DNA from: Octopus bimaculoides
Taxonomy: Eukaryota
Length of the DNA: 64,000 nucleotides
Assembly: GCF_001194135.2 (NCBI RefSeq)
Contig: NC_068986.1
Span: forward strand, 111,459,560 to 111,523,559
Direction: 5' to 3'
Under the pieces are notes generated by a model. The model made no database searches, had not been told where the DNA came from, and was given only the letters and a program-made list of their open reading frames with translations. Shown here piece by piece: positions 27,250-40,670 of the stretch (positions are counted from its first letter, which is position 1; each line of letters starts with the position of its first letter). The position numbers and the translations under genes were made by a program.

Positions 27250-27400
27250 GCGCCTAATTGCTTTAGGTGAGGGGTCTAAGTCCATTATATGGTCAGTAGT
27301 GTGCAGCTGGTCCTAATTTTATCGAATGCGAAAGTATAAAATGCGAAGTCGAGCACACCGTAATTGCATCACAGAACCACGAGAGTGAGGCACGTTACTA
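27250..27400 (-). mobile_element. SINE family A copy (highly degenerate)
   Basis: The reverse complement retains TCGACTTCGCATTTTATACTTTCG...TCGATAAAATTAGGACCAG. Confidence 0.45.
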
Positions 27401-27899
27401 TTTTGGTCTGCGTTCTAATCTCTTTCATTTACAAGTGACAGCGTATTCAGGAGCTACGAGCGAATATGAAATGTTCAGTACGAGGTTGACATTGGAGCCG
27501 CGTAGAGTGAAACGTACGAGTTATTCAAAGACATATAAAAGAAATTTAAGACGTTATAACTTATCTGCAAGGTATAAAACATAAAGTAGAACAGGACACA
27601 ATTGTTAAGTTATAATTAATTTATAATTAAAATCTATAATTCATAAGAAATATAAGACAAAGGATTACTATGTCGGATTAGTAGTCCTACGTTAAATTCT
27701 TCTAATCAATCTTCGAATTTATTTCTCAAATATATGAAAATCACCAGAGATATTTCAAAATCATATGTAGTTGAATAATATCCATGTCTTTGGATTAAGA
27801 TTATTACTTTCATTTGGTATGCTTTGTTTTTTTTCCCAAAAGGCCATCTTCTGATGTTGCCTGTATTCGGAATCTACTTGTCTTTGAGTAACTTAGATT

Positions 27900-28020
27900 T
27901 TTAGTGCGTTCCTGCCACACCAATGCATGCTACGTTTTGCCGATACATTCCAACTTCCTTTATTAAAGGATGCCTTTACTTAACCCTAATTTGACCACAC
28001 GTCCATACTGCAATGCAACT
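27900..28020 (-). mobile_element. possible RTE-type APE endonuclease N-terminal remnant
   Basis: The minus strand gives IAVW... and KEVGMYRQNVACIGVAGTH*, resembling IATWNV...E...Y..DI.G.SETHW. Confidence 0.35.
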
Positions 28021-28213
28021 TACGGCTAAGTGAGTGATCTATATCCTTTCCAACGTGTCATACAATTGCATATGCATCTGGGCCGCTTATACTGGGCTAA
28101 GGTTTATGGATGTGCCACTGGCATACAATGATTGCCTGAAATTTGTTGAAGTCTCTATTTGGCATTATTCATTTAAATATTCATTTGTTTCTTTTTGTTC
28201 ATTCAGTTGTTTG

Positions 28214-28320
28214 CTTAACGTTTCATATTCTTTGAATTTCTTCTTTCACTATTGCAAAGTCACTTACATACTACGTCTGTCGGTATTTGTGGCCATATTG
28301 ATTAAATAGCATATAGTGCA
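28214..28320 (-). mobile_element. possible RLE C-terminal remnant
   Basis: The minus strand gives DFAIVKEEIQRI*NVK, similar to DLxxEIQRMWNVK. Confidence 0.3.
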
Positions 28321-28544
28321 TGCAAGTAAGTAATTGTTTCTCAACAAAACCCCCTTAGTTGTCTACACACTCTTAACATGAGCAGGTTTTTTAAGGTAGA
28401 TATATTTCGTAATAATTTTCTATTTCTATTTCTATTTCGTAAGAATACCTAAGAGGGCTTCGATGGGTATGAATATGGTCAAACTTTAGAGCGGTCAAGT
28501 CATTCATGTGCATAGCTTGACCACTAATGATTATGATAACGGGA

Positions 28545-28545
28545 A

Positions 28546-28610
<65 letters not shown>
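28545..28610. repeat. (GAT)n microsatellite
   Basis: Read directly. Confidence 0.97.
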
Positions 28611-28733
28611 AGACATATGTACGTATGTATGCTTATATATTTATATATACATACAAACTTTCATACACACAGATTTATGCATGTATAAATCTGTGTATGT
28701 CTACATACATAAATATATGTCTGCCTGTATGTT

Positions 28734-28764
<31 letters not shown>

Positions 28765-29534
28765 CTGTGTGTGTGTGTGTTGTGTGTGTGTATGCATTTG
28801 TATGTATGCATGTATGTATGTAGACATGTAATCATGTGCATATATGTCTATGTGTGTGTTTGTATTTGCGCGTGTGCATGTGTATGTGTGTGTGTGGGCG
28901 AGCGTGTGTGCGTGCGTGCGTGTGTGTGTGTATGTGTGTGTGTAGGTGTGTGTGCTTCTGTGTGTGTGTGTGTGTGTGTGTGCATAACGGAAATTGAAGA
29001 CATCGGAGGAGAATCAAAACGGAAAAAGAAGCAAGATTAAAAGATTTCCACAATTTCAATAAATACTATTTATATATATATTATATTTAATTATAAAAAC
29101 AGTGTTACCAAGACGACGACTTTTTACAGCAACCCGCAGAAAAGTCATAATTGATCAAGTCTGTTAACCTTACTCACCCCTGTATAGATGGTCCAAAGCT
29201 TTCAATATGCTGATACGTTGATAAATGTAGTAATTAAGACATTTGGGAAAGGAAGTGCTCATATTAGACATGATGGAATATGTCAGATTTAATGATAGCT
29301 ACGGTTCTACAAAGTCATATTGGTTTTACAGCGAAGTCAGAAGTAATTTCTGCCAACGTCACCTTCTCTTCATTGTCTACGAGACTGATTAGTGTCTTCT
29401 TATATGAAATTGATATTCGCTGCTAGATGGCATCGCTCTGAAACCATTATGGAAATATCATTCTCAATATATATCTATGTGTGTATGTATGATTGAGTAT
29501 GCGTTCGTGCGAGTATAATGCATAACGTATTAAC

Positions 29535-29574
<40 letters not shown>

Positions 29575-30369
29575 ATGTATGTATGTATGTATATATACTT
29601 ACATGCATACATACATACAAACACACACACGCACATACACACACACACACATACACACACACACATATATACATACATACACATATATATCTGGTACATT
29701 TGACTAACGAATTCAGATATGATAAGATTAAATTTCTTTTAATTACATTTATACTTTCCATTTGTTATTGGTTCACTGGGATATTATATCAGGATTAGCA
29801 AATTATCTATATCTTAAACAAATATTATATTTATTAGCAGGCCACCTTTATGGACACGTACCGCATAAAAATAAAAAACACCACTATCGCTCCCAGCTAT
29901 TCAATAGACATGTACTGTTAATGTCAATAAACACCAACACAAGTTCAATTCCACTGAGTCACAAGTGTCTGGCAATGATTGACATTTAGCGTTCGTAACG
30001 TATTATTTTATGTTGTATCTCAATCACAAAATCTACCTTGGCAACACGGTCTTCCGCATACTGTTTGTAAACTGAGCGAACATTCTAGAATTGTTCTAGT
30101 GACTGGAACATCTCTGTTGTTCTGTTTATCGTTGGCAGCGAGATTTGTTTGGTGTGCTGTCACCAGATGCCTGCCACTGAAGAAGATCAGTAAGCGGAAA
30201 TCACTCGATGTAGGTGTTCTGGTGTCTATTGCAGACGCTTCTTGTCTACGAGATATGTCTCTTACTTTATGCACCATAGGTCTATACGAGAAGACATCTC
30301 AAGACGAATAATATAGTATTCAGCGTTCTAGCAAGACACTTTAATCTGGATATAAAGATATATATATAT

Positions 30370-30930
30370 ATATATATATGAATATATGTGTGTGTAAAAC
30401 ATTCGGATTGATCACACTTTTGTGTAGCAGTGGATTTACTGATTCCGATCTTGCCTAATAATTAGGATAATCATACAGGTGTCATCAGAATGCGCAGACT
30501 TTTGTGCGTTTTTGGTTTGTTTGTTGTAGTCAAAACTTTGGTTAATATGTTTTCGTGTCAATAACGATATTTTACGTTTTGTTTTGATGTGTGTGGCTTT
30601 TGCCTGTTTATTTTGGCGTTTTTGTGCGAAAATTTAACAGATTAAGTATTATGCTCGCGTATTTTCCTATCTAACTTTGTTTTTTTGTATGTTGTGTAGC
30701 GTTTTAAGAAATTTCCTTGTAAATGAATTTTAAGCTAAGACAAAGCCGTGTACTACTATGACCAATAAAACAGCTGATGTTCTGGAAGATTGTAGCTTCC
30801 TGTTTACAGTCATATATACGGCATTTGGAAATAACAACTTCTCTGGTGAAAATTGTTGTGATGTGATATTGATAAGGAGGTCTGTGATTTTCGCGCTTCT
30901 TGAGTGTATTATTCATTTCAATTTATGATC
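30370..30930 (-). mobile_element. Penelope-like element 3' remnant (GIY-YIG end plus pseudo-LTR with a decayed hammerhead-like core)
   Basis: ORF 30704-30916 contains CRIYDC...FIGHSSTRL (YIGHTxTxL type). Downstream on the minus strand is CTGATGA-CACCT...AGGCA-AGATC-GGAA (30435-30490). Confidence 0.55.
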
Positions 30931-31430
30931 GGGTGTGACTACTTTCCTTTTCCTTTTAAGAAAAATTTCATATTTTGTTAATTTGTATTTCTGCATTTGA
31001 CTTAGGCCTGGTTCTTTTTATTTTGTGTTTGATCTGATATGCTATTTGCATGTATTTACGCCTCTACGCATCTATGAATCGGTCAGTCAGCCAGTTGCAA
31101 TATCCGTTGGAAATGTATCTTTTATTCAGTGGAGTTGTTCCTCTGGTGTCTACTTAGTGCATTAGAATTTGAATGTTCCACAAAGGAGTGATTTTAACCA
31201 CTGGTATCATACACTTCTCTTGGTATTCATCGGTTCTGCATTCACTGGTTCTATGTGTATTTGCTTCGTTCATAAGTTTTCTTGTAGGCAGTTGTGCACA
31301 CCACATATAGTCATTTATTGTTTTCATAATTTCCCTGGTATCCTTCCTGCCATTATTTCGGTTGCCTCTATGCGTTCACTGATGATATTTCCATTGTTTC
31401 GCTTCCTGGGCTGTCAGTTAACATAATGCT

Positions 31431-32380
31431 TTATTTTAAAACCTTTAAAAGTTCTACATGTAATATCATGCTATAATATTCTGCTGTGTTTTCTTTGATA
31501 ATGCTCTTTACTCGTTTGGCAACTGAGTGTGTAAGAAAATATATATGGAATATCATATATCTGAGGTGATTTTTACTATTATGTATATATATGTAGGTAT
31601 ATATTTTCCTTGAAAGCGTGGCTGTTGCAGTTGTGTTCTCGTTGATATAATTCATGTTTTAAATTTTACTTTTGGCTGCTTGATGTTATCTTCACGATCG
31701 TATTGTATTTGTTTCGGCATCTGAGTAAAATATTATTTTTTTGTATCATAATCATCTCTATCCGTGATTACACTCAGGTTCCTCTTACCAAGATTAATCA
31801 TTTATGTTGTCATCTTTAAACACGTGCAATGCTTTTACAGAATTAAAAAAAAATATTTTTGTTTGTTTGTGGGATCCTATTTTTATTTCATTCTCGATGA
31901 TGAGGTCAAGTTGTTCGTCATTGTTTACTATGTTCTTGTCCCTCAGTAAAGTTTAGTGTTGACATAATATTTCGATTTCGAATTTTTATGTTTCTGGTCC
32001 TATATTCAGTCTGAGTTGGAAATTGTTACCAATAGGTTGAGAAGTGCAGCTGGACCGAATTTGGGTGCATGACTTAGTAAGTCGATCGTTTCTTCCTCTT
32101 TCGCAGTTAGTGTGATTTCTCCTTTGTACAGTTTATTAAGCTTCTATATGAAAGCTGTATCTAACAAATCTCCAGTCAATGCAGCCTATTTCGATTAGGG
32201 CTGCTTCTATATCAAAACAAAACTGATCTATACCGATTCCATAAATTTCCTTTTCATCTTTAAATTACGGGTAAAAATTTCTAGACATCTTCAGTTGCTG
32301 TACGAATTTGCTGTGCAATCAATTTCTGCTGGCGTTCAGTCGCATATATCCCGTTATTGCCTGTTATAATGTTTAATGTT
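31431..32380 (-). mobile_element. Penelope-like element remnant (N-terminal motif plus GIY-YIG end, RT core not recognisable)
   Basis: ITLTAKEEETIDLLSHAPKFGP (32052-32117) matches the PLE N-terminal LT..E..LL..GPKF.P pattern. YINENTTATATLSRKIYTY...NSKNHL (ORF 31431-31655) matches the GIY-YIG end. Confidence 0.5.
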
Positions 32381-32738
32381 ATGTTCATATATATATATAT
32401 ATATATATATANNNNNNNNNNNNNNNNNNNNNNNNNNNNNNNNNNNNNNNNNNNNNNNNNNNNNNNNNNNNNNNNNNNNNNNNNNNNNNNNNNNNNNNAT
32501 ATATTTATATATGTGTGTGTGTGTGTGTGTGTGTATGTGTGTGTGTGTGTGGTGTACAGGTTTACACTTATGTGTTTCTTTAAATACATGGCTGTTTTCC
32601 AGTTCTATCTTTTGTATCCTAGTTTTTGGACTATTTTCTTATTACGTTGAAACAGTTATCAAGGAGTAATGAAGATTCATATATCTTTAACTATATCTAA
32701 GTAGCTCTCTATCTATGCCTCTCTCTCTCTCTTTCTCT

Positions 32739-32782
<44 letters not shown>

Positions 32783-33022
32783 ATATACATATATATATAT
32801 CGATATATATGATACACACATACACAGGCAGAAATATACGTAATAAACGCACATGATCACTAAAGACTTACACACATAGTAGAGGTAATGCACCCACACA
32901 GTGATTGTCAGCGAACAAATCATATGTGTAAACATACATATCTGTGCTTACACAACTCCATATGTGTGATAGATACAAACACACACACACACACATATAT
33001 ATGTATCTAAAAATCTATGTGC

Positions 33023-33074
<52 letters not shown>

Positions 33075-33095
33075 NNNNNNNNNNTGATGCATATG

Positions 33096-33144
<49 letters not shown>

Positions 33145-33518
33145 GTTACTATATATGAGTGTGTTTGTGTGATTGGTGTGTGTGTGTTGATATGCATGAA
33201 TATAATACGAACGAGACGTATATACGTGCGTAAGTCTCTCTCTCTCTCTCACCCTTTCTTCGTATACTTATCTGCATTTCCGATTCTTAGAGATCAATAG
33301 ATATTCACTGAAAACCTATGCATTCTCAGTTCAGACAAGTTATAATCAACTTGACCTCAGAAAAATCTATTAGATTAGTTCCAGAAATTGGTCACATTGA
33401 TCAATGAGTGAAGTGATGCTTTTTCACCTCATCATTTCCTTAAGGAGACACTACAAACCATTGTTTGCATTTACTAACAGAACTATACTCACCCTTTTAC
33501 TCACGCACACATACGCAT

Positions 33519-33572
<54 letters not shown>

Positions 33573-34184
33573 TCAAACACACAAAGAAACACACTCTAAG
33601 TCTCAGAACACAATCACAGGCACAAACGCATATAGTCTCTCTCACACTCTCTCTCTCACACTCTCTCTCTCTCACTCTCTCTCTCTCGCTCTCTCTCTCG
33701 CTCTCTCTCTCTCACTCTCTCTCACTCTCTCTCTCAATCTCTCTCTCTCTCTTATTTTCGTTGTTTCTTTCTCTTTTGCATTCTCTCTATGTGCCTCTTC
33801 CCCTCTCACTATGTGGCTATAACCATATCTCTCTCACTCCCACGCACATAACTTCGTGTTCGCATTTACTATGGTCACAACACACATACACACGATTGTA
33901 TACACAGATATTTGAATATATACGTATATGTGTACGCATGACACATCATGCATCTACACGCTTGCATCTAAGAGTCTATCATAAATACACACGTACACAC
34001 AATTCGTAACGTATATGAAAATTATATATATATATATACNNNNNNNNNNNNNNNNNNNNNNNNNNNNNNNNNNNNNNNNNNNNNNNNNNNNNNNNNNNNN
34101 NNNNNNNNNNNNNNNNNNNNNNNNNNNNNNNNNNNNNNNNNNNNNNNNNNNNNNNNNNNNNNNNATATATATATATATATATAT

Positions 34185-34217
<33 letters not shown>

Positions 34218-35698
34218 CATATATATATATTATTTTATACATACACACACGCACACACACACACACAAACACACACGTATATATGTATTCCTTCTATACG
34301 CTTTGCCTGCCCCTGCTTTGTGGCTTTTGTGTTAGTTTATTTATATATATAGTATTGATAACCATTAATCAAGTATAATTGTATTTTATATCATCATATA
34401 CATGTATATACGTTGTTTTATCTGCATGTGTGTGTATGTGTCTGTGTGTCTTTATGTTTGTATATTAAGATAAATTATACCCTCCCAACATATATGAAAT
34501 ATAACTACATTGCATTGCAGAATGATAATATATGTGCCCCAGTTACAATCAATCTATATCAGAGGGTGTGTGCTTCTGTGCCTGTGTGCGTATGCGCTCG
34601 TCTCTGTGTGTTCGTGTTTATATTAAATTCCACACACACTTATATGAAATATATCGAATCCCATTGTCTTTTTCGATAATACAGATATTCAACAGAAATA
34701 TTTGATGGATATGCTAGTCATTCTTCATGCAATGTTTAGCAGACAATATATTACAGAAATAAATGCTGGTCTTGTATCTACACGACATTGAGCCAGGCAG
34801 TGAGCCAGTCAGCCACACAAACCGTCAGACAGTCAGACATAGTTAACCTTTTTTCTACACAGACAATATCAGGCAAGCAGGCATACAGGCAGACAGGCAG
34901 TGAAACATAACCAACCGGCCAGTCGGCCAACAGGCAAGCGGTACAACACATTTTCTGAAAATCAGGTCAGATACGATGGGAAAAGAATGATAATGGTGTT
35001 TATCCATCGATCTCAAAAAAAAAAGGCGCAGGATTGCCAATATTGAAAGACAAATAGAAAGAGTGGGAAATTTAGAGTTGAGATAAAGGGAGAGGATGAA
35101 GAACTGAAAGCAATGTAGTGAGAGCAATAAATAAATAAATAAATGAATATATAAATAACTACATAAAGAAAGAAAGGAATAAATAAATAAAAGTATGCAA
35201 GACGAGGAGTAAAAGAAATCAATGGCGATCAAAGTTCTAAAAAGAGAGACTATTTATTATCCAATGATTCACTTGCGACGGCTACTTCTCTCTATTTCCC
35301 TTTTCCGCCATTTATAATACGAGATTGTTCTGGCTCTTGTAGTTGTCTGAAAGATGGAAAAAGAAGAAAGAAAAGAAGAAAAGAAGATAAGAAGAAAATA
35401 TGTTAAAATATGTGAACATGTATTTGATCGACTACACACACAGACATAGACTCATGGCACACAAACATACATTCACACATACGCATACATACATGCATGC
35501 ATACATACAGATAGGTAGTAAGACAGGCAGACATACAGACAGACAGACATACAGACAGACAGACATACATACATATCTATTTGAGTGTGTTAGTGTGTGT
35601 ATGCGAATATAATATAAATACATTCGTAGAAACTTATATATATATATGTATGTGTATGTATATAAACTGATATATACATGTATGTATGTATGTATATA

Positions 35699-35729
<31 letters not shown>

Positions 35730-36226
35730 GTATATATATATGTATNNNNNNNNNNNNNNNNNNNNNNNNNNNNNNNNNNNNNNNNNNNNNNNNNNNNNNN
35801 NNNNNNNNNNNNNNNNNNNNNNNNNNNNNNNNNNNNNNNNNNNNNNNNNNNNNNNNNNNNNNNNNNNNNNNNNNNNNNNNNNNNNNNNNNNNNNNNNNNN
35901 NNNNNNNNNNNNNNNNNNNNNNNNNNNNNNNNNNNNNNNNNNNNNNNNNNNNNNNNNNNNNNNNNNNNNNNNNNNNNNNNNNNNNNNNNNNNNNNNNNNN
36001 NNNNNNNNNNNNNNNNNNNNNNNNNNNNNNNNNNNNNNNNNNNNNNNNNNNNNNNNNNNNNNNNNNNNNNNNNNNNNNNNNNNNNNNNNNNNNNNNNNNN
36101 NNNNNNNNNNNNNNNNNNNNNNNNNNNNNNNNNNNNNNNNNNNNNNNNNNNNNNNNNNNNNNNNNNNNNNNNNNNNNNNNNNNNNNNNNNNNNNNNNNNN
36201 NNNNNNNNNNNNNNNNNNNNNNNNNN

Positions 36227-36306
<80 letters not shown>

Positions 36307-36589
36307 TCTGTGTGTGTAACTGTACATATCTATGGCACACACACAGACACACATAAAAATATATGGAAATGATATAGAAATGCACGGAAGGGTGAAGGAA
36401 ATGATGAGAAACATAAAGAAATTAGAGAAATGTGTTTGATTGAAAAAAGAACAGAGAAAGGTGAAAAGGAACAATATGATTGTGATAATGAGAAACCGAA
36501 ATCAAGAACTGTTCAAGCAACGATGGAAAATTATATATAAAAGCCAAAATGAAATGCCAGGTAAAAAACAAAAAAACAAAAAAAAAATA

Positions 36590-36800
36590 ACAGAAATGTA
36601 AGTGAAGAAGTGAGTTCGGTTCTGAGACTGAAAGAAAGAATTACTTTAAACAAACTAAATAAGATAAACTAAGCGTATGTAATAGTAATGATATGTTGAG
36701 AAAGAGGAACTAGTGCAGAGTTGTTCTTGAAGGAGATTATGGTGAGAGGGTGAAGTGAATTGAATAAGATTCAAGTGAAACGTACGAAAATGAAAACAAG
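36590..36800 (+). mobile_element. possible APE endonuclease remnant (RTE-like)
   Basis: VLEGDYGERV resembles IxGDFNAxVG, with an upstream ...KERI.. context. Very decayed. Confidence 0.25.
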
Positions 36801-37370
36801 GATGAATGTCGTAAATAGAAATAAACTGAGAGAAAAGTAGAAGCATATAGATACAAGTGTATATATATNNNNNNNNNNTACACACTTACACAAACGTGCA
36901 CACATATACACACACCATCCTACCATAGCTAAAACACACACATACTCACATACACATTCCACAATAAACTCTGGGACCAATAAGAACGGCACACACACAC
37001 ACACACACACATGGACACAAACACACATATATACACACATAGAGATGTNNNNNNNNNNCACACACACATGGACACAAACACACATATATACACACATAGA
37101 GATGTGCACAAAACCAGTCCCAAAAACCAGTGAACCATGACAGACTAGCTCACAGACCAACCAAAAATCAAAATATCCCTTTTAACTCTTTCTTCCTCCC
37201 ACCCCAGCTAACGAGTCATATTGTCTCTTAAGACAGCAAACATTCCCTCAATACACACAAGAGAAAAAAGCTAGGTCAGTTCCTCCTCAACTTTTTGCGA
37301 ACTCTTAAATATATTTCCTGGGTATATATATACATATTTTACCAAATCATTTTTGTTATAACAACGTTGT

Positions 37371-37546
37371 AAACTGTTTCAAACATTCTTATTATTATTA
37401 TCAAAGAATGTATATATGTATTTTGATACTTAAACTGTTTCTAACATTTTCTATTATTATCAAAGAATATGTATATGTATTTTTCCATATATGTATTTTC
37501 ATACTTACACTGTTTTTAACATTTTCATCTTATTATCAGAGAATGT
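37371..37546. repeat. AT-rich minisatellite, about 61-75 bp unit, about 2.6 copies
   Basis: AAACTGTTT.AACATT...TTATCAAAGAAT units start at 37371, 37432 and about 37507. Confidence 0.85.
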
Positions 37547-37600
37547 GCGATAATCAGTATGTAACACTACATAGCTCATACAAAGCTTTATACTTTAAAT

Positions 37601-38553
37601 NNNNNNNNNNNNNNNNNNNNNNNNNNNNNNNNNNNNNNNNNNNNNNNNNNNNNNNNNNNNNNNNNNNNNNNNNNNNNNNNNNNNNNNNNNNNNNNNNNNN
37701 NNNNNNNNNNNNNNNNNNNNNNNNNNNNNNNNNNNNNNNNNNNNNNNNNNNNNNNNNNNNNNNNNNNNNNNNNNNNNNNNNNNNNNNNNNNNNNNNNNNN
37801 NNNNNNNNNNNNNNNNNNNNNNNNNNNNNNNNNNNNNNNNNNNNNNNNNNNNNNNNNNNNNNNNNNNNNNNNNNNNNNNNNNNNNNNNNNNNNNNNNNNN
37901 NNNNNNNNNNNNNNNNNNNNNNNNNNNNNNNNNNNNNNNNNNNNNNNNNNNNNNNNNNNNNNNNNNNNNNNNNNNNNNNNNNNNNNNNNNNNNNNNNNNN
38001 NNNNNNNNNNNNNNNNNNNNNNNNNNNNNNNNNNNNNNNNNNNNNNNNNNNNNNNNNNNNNNNNNNNNNNNNNNNNNNNNNNNNNNNNNNNNNNNNNNNN
38101 NNNNNNNNNNNNNNNNNNNNNNNNNNNNNNNNNNNNNNNNNNNNNNNNNNNNNNNNNNNNNNNNNNNNNNNNNNNNNNNNNNNNNNNNNNNNNNNNNNNN
38201 NNNNNNNNNNNNNNNNNNNNNNNNNNNNNNNNNNNNNNNNNNNNNNNNNNNNNNNNNNNNNNNNNNNNNNNNNNNNNNNNNNNNNNNNNNNNNNNNNNNN
38301 NNNNNNNNNNNNNNNNNNNNNNNNNNNNNNNNNNNNNNNNNNNNNNNNNNNNNNNNNNNNNNNNNNNNNNNNNNNNNNNNNNNNNNNNNNNNNNNNNNNN
38401 NNNNNNNNNNNNNNNNNNNNNNNNNNNNNNNNNNNNNNNNNNNNNNNNNNNNNNNNNNNNNNNNNNNNNNNNNNNNNNNNNNNNNNNNNNNNNNNNNNNN
38501 NNNNNNNNNNNNNNNNNNNNNNNNNNNNNNNNNNNNNNNNNNNNNNNNNNNNN
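37601..38553. other. largest assembly gap (N run)
   Basis: N run. Other gaps: 863-1239, 16005-16187, 32412-32498, 33075-33084, 34040-34164, 35746-36226, 36869-36878, 37049-37058, 42555-42990, 52714-52723, 53472-53758. Most abut (AT)n. Confidence 0.99.
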
Positions 38554-38577
38554 TATATATATATATATATATATATA

Positions 38578-38582
38578 TAGAC

Positions 38583-38648
<66 letters not shown>

Positions 38649-38700
38649 ATGGATAGATAGATAGATAGATAGTTAGATATAGATATATAGATAGATAGAT
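38578..38700. repeat. (GATA)n microsatellite
   Basis: Read directly. Confidence 0.95.
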
Positions 38701-39439
38701 GTTTAAATATAAAAACAAAGATAATAGAAGATAAGTGTTTGCGTGTGCGTGCGTGTGTGTGGAAAAAGAGACAGAGAGAGAGACATTCGGAGATACAGCG
38801 ATACAAAGATACTCGGTTTGATGGATTTCACGTAGGTTTTCGTACATATACGCAATAACGTATTTCGAAATATTACAATCGAATCAGTGATTCTTTTCTG
38901 GTAGCATTGACTTCTTGCAGCATAAACAAATTCTATGATCCCTGTATTTTATAAGAATTTGCAAACTCATACATACACATGTACACATCTACTGACTTTC
39001 GTACATCATCAAATGAAATTAATGGTGATGATGGTAGTCTTGATTGCAGAGAAGATAGTGATATCTCAAATAACTTGGAATGGAAAAAAAGTGCATCGAT
39101 GTTTCTCTATTTCTGTATTCAGTTGACAACAACAAAGCGGGATTCTGATTTTCAACTTTTTCTTTTTTTTCATTTTGTCCTTTTTTGAACTCTCAAAGGG
39201 ATTTGAAATATCATTTTGATATAGCTTTTGAGTTTCAGAGTAAAAATAATTATAAACATTATCGTTGAGTTAAAAAAATATTATATATTTTGGATTTTTG
39301 CTCGTTTAGCACACACACTCAGGCACCATTTTCCCTCGGTTTGAACGTTTGAAATGCGTATGTTTTCGTATAACGGTATATTTTCAGTTTCTTCGACTAA
39401 ACTGTTATATATACTAACATAGCAATTCAAATCACAGAA

Positions 39440-39800
39440 GAGTTTCAGCTTGAGAACATGACCACTAAATTAAGAACAAGGTCGCCCTCAGCAAAGGAGA
39501 GCAGCCTTACTCTATCGATTGTTCAAGCAAGTTCAAAACTTCCAATGCCTGGGTTCCTTTCCACACAAATGTGCTCAATGTAGCTGGAAAATCCGAACAA
39601 GTTTTTGAGGTAAGATGACATCCCCGAGGACATTTATTACAATATGCATGGGTTGTACCCTAGCAAAAATATCAAGCTTAAACTTCGTTCTAAAAGATTT
39701 GGTTTGGCTAATAGCGTTCTGATGGAGTGCAACAAGGAGGTTTACATTGCAAAATCGATACGTTTGTGAATAACATATTACACTCAATTGATACAGAGGA
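39440..39800 (+). mobile_element. possible decayed LINE reverse-transcriptase remnant
   Basis: IDCSSKF (FIDxxKAF-like), GLY...SKRF and DGVQQG (GVxQG-like) appear in the expected order, with frameshifts. Confidence 0.3.
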
Positions 39801-40330
39801 GTTGGAACTCTGGTAGCATGAATGGGAAATAGGTTAAGAGCAGCAAGAAGAAAAAAATCATTTGATGATAGTAAAAGGAGCACAAACTGCTATATTTCGT
39901 GCATCTTACACGCTTCCTAAACACCTGAGCCGGTATCTTCTGTCTCGGAGTATTACTAGACGGGTAAAACACTAGCAACGATTACAGCAGCAATACAGAA
40001 CTGCAGTGCAGTGGGATGAGAACTGGTACCTGCGTCTGAGAGTTCGAAACCTCAAACATAAGAATGGACGTGTGCATGAGTGTGCGCATGTCTATGTGTG
40101 TTTTACAAGTGATCATGTTTGTGGATTTGTATAGAGAAGGAAAAAGAGAATGAATAAATTAGGAAAGGAATATAGGTAGCAAAGATGGCAACTGAAAGAA
40201 GTGAATGGAAAATGATGGTTGATGGGTGAGTGAAACGGAATGAATAGAGAAAAGAACGAATGAAATAGAGTGCAGCATAAAAACCAAACATGCGAATCGA
40301 AGTAATCATTTTCGCAAGAGAAAACATTAA

Positions 40331-40378
<48 letters not shown>

Positions 40379-40381
<3 letters not shown>

Positions 40382-40479
40382 ATCTCTTTATCACGGGTTT
40401 TGTCGGAGTTCCTTAAGACTTGCATGCGTAGATACGGTACCATGCTATTCGTTTTTTTCAGCTACGTAACGCTTTCCTG

Positions 40480-40480
<1 letters not shown>
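40379..40480 (-). mobile_element. about 100-bp 3'-end-only R4/Dong-type insertion inside (TAA)n
   Basis: The minus strand starts with ATC AGG AAA GCG TTA CGT AGC TGA (IRKALRS*, like the HILRK..* ORF ends of other copies), then a short 3'UTR, then (TAA)n. It is flanked by TAA repeats on both sides. Confidence 0.6.
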
Positions 40481-40542
<62 letters not shown>

Positions 40543-40581
40543 TTATTATTATTATTATTATCATCATCATCATCATCATCA

Positions 40582-40652
<71 letters not shown>

Positions 40653-40670
40653 GTTGTTGTTGTTGTTGTT

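Noticed and set aside
37001-37105. About 47-bp direct repeat either side of the 10-N gap at 37049-37058
   Set aside because: It has the signature of an unmerged contig overlap rather than a real tandem duplication.
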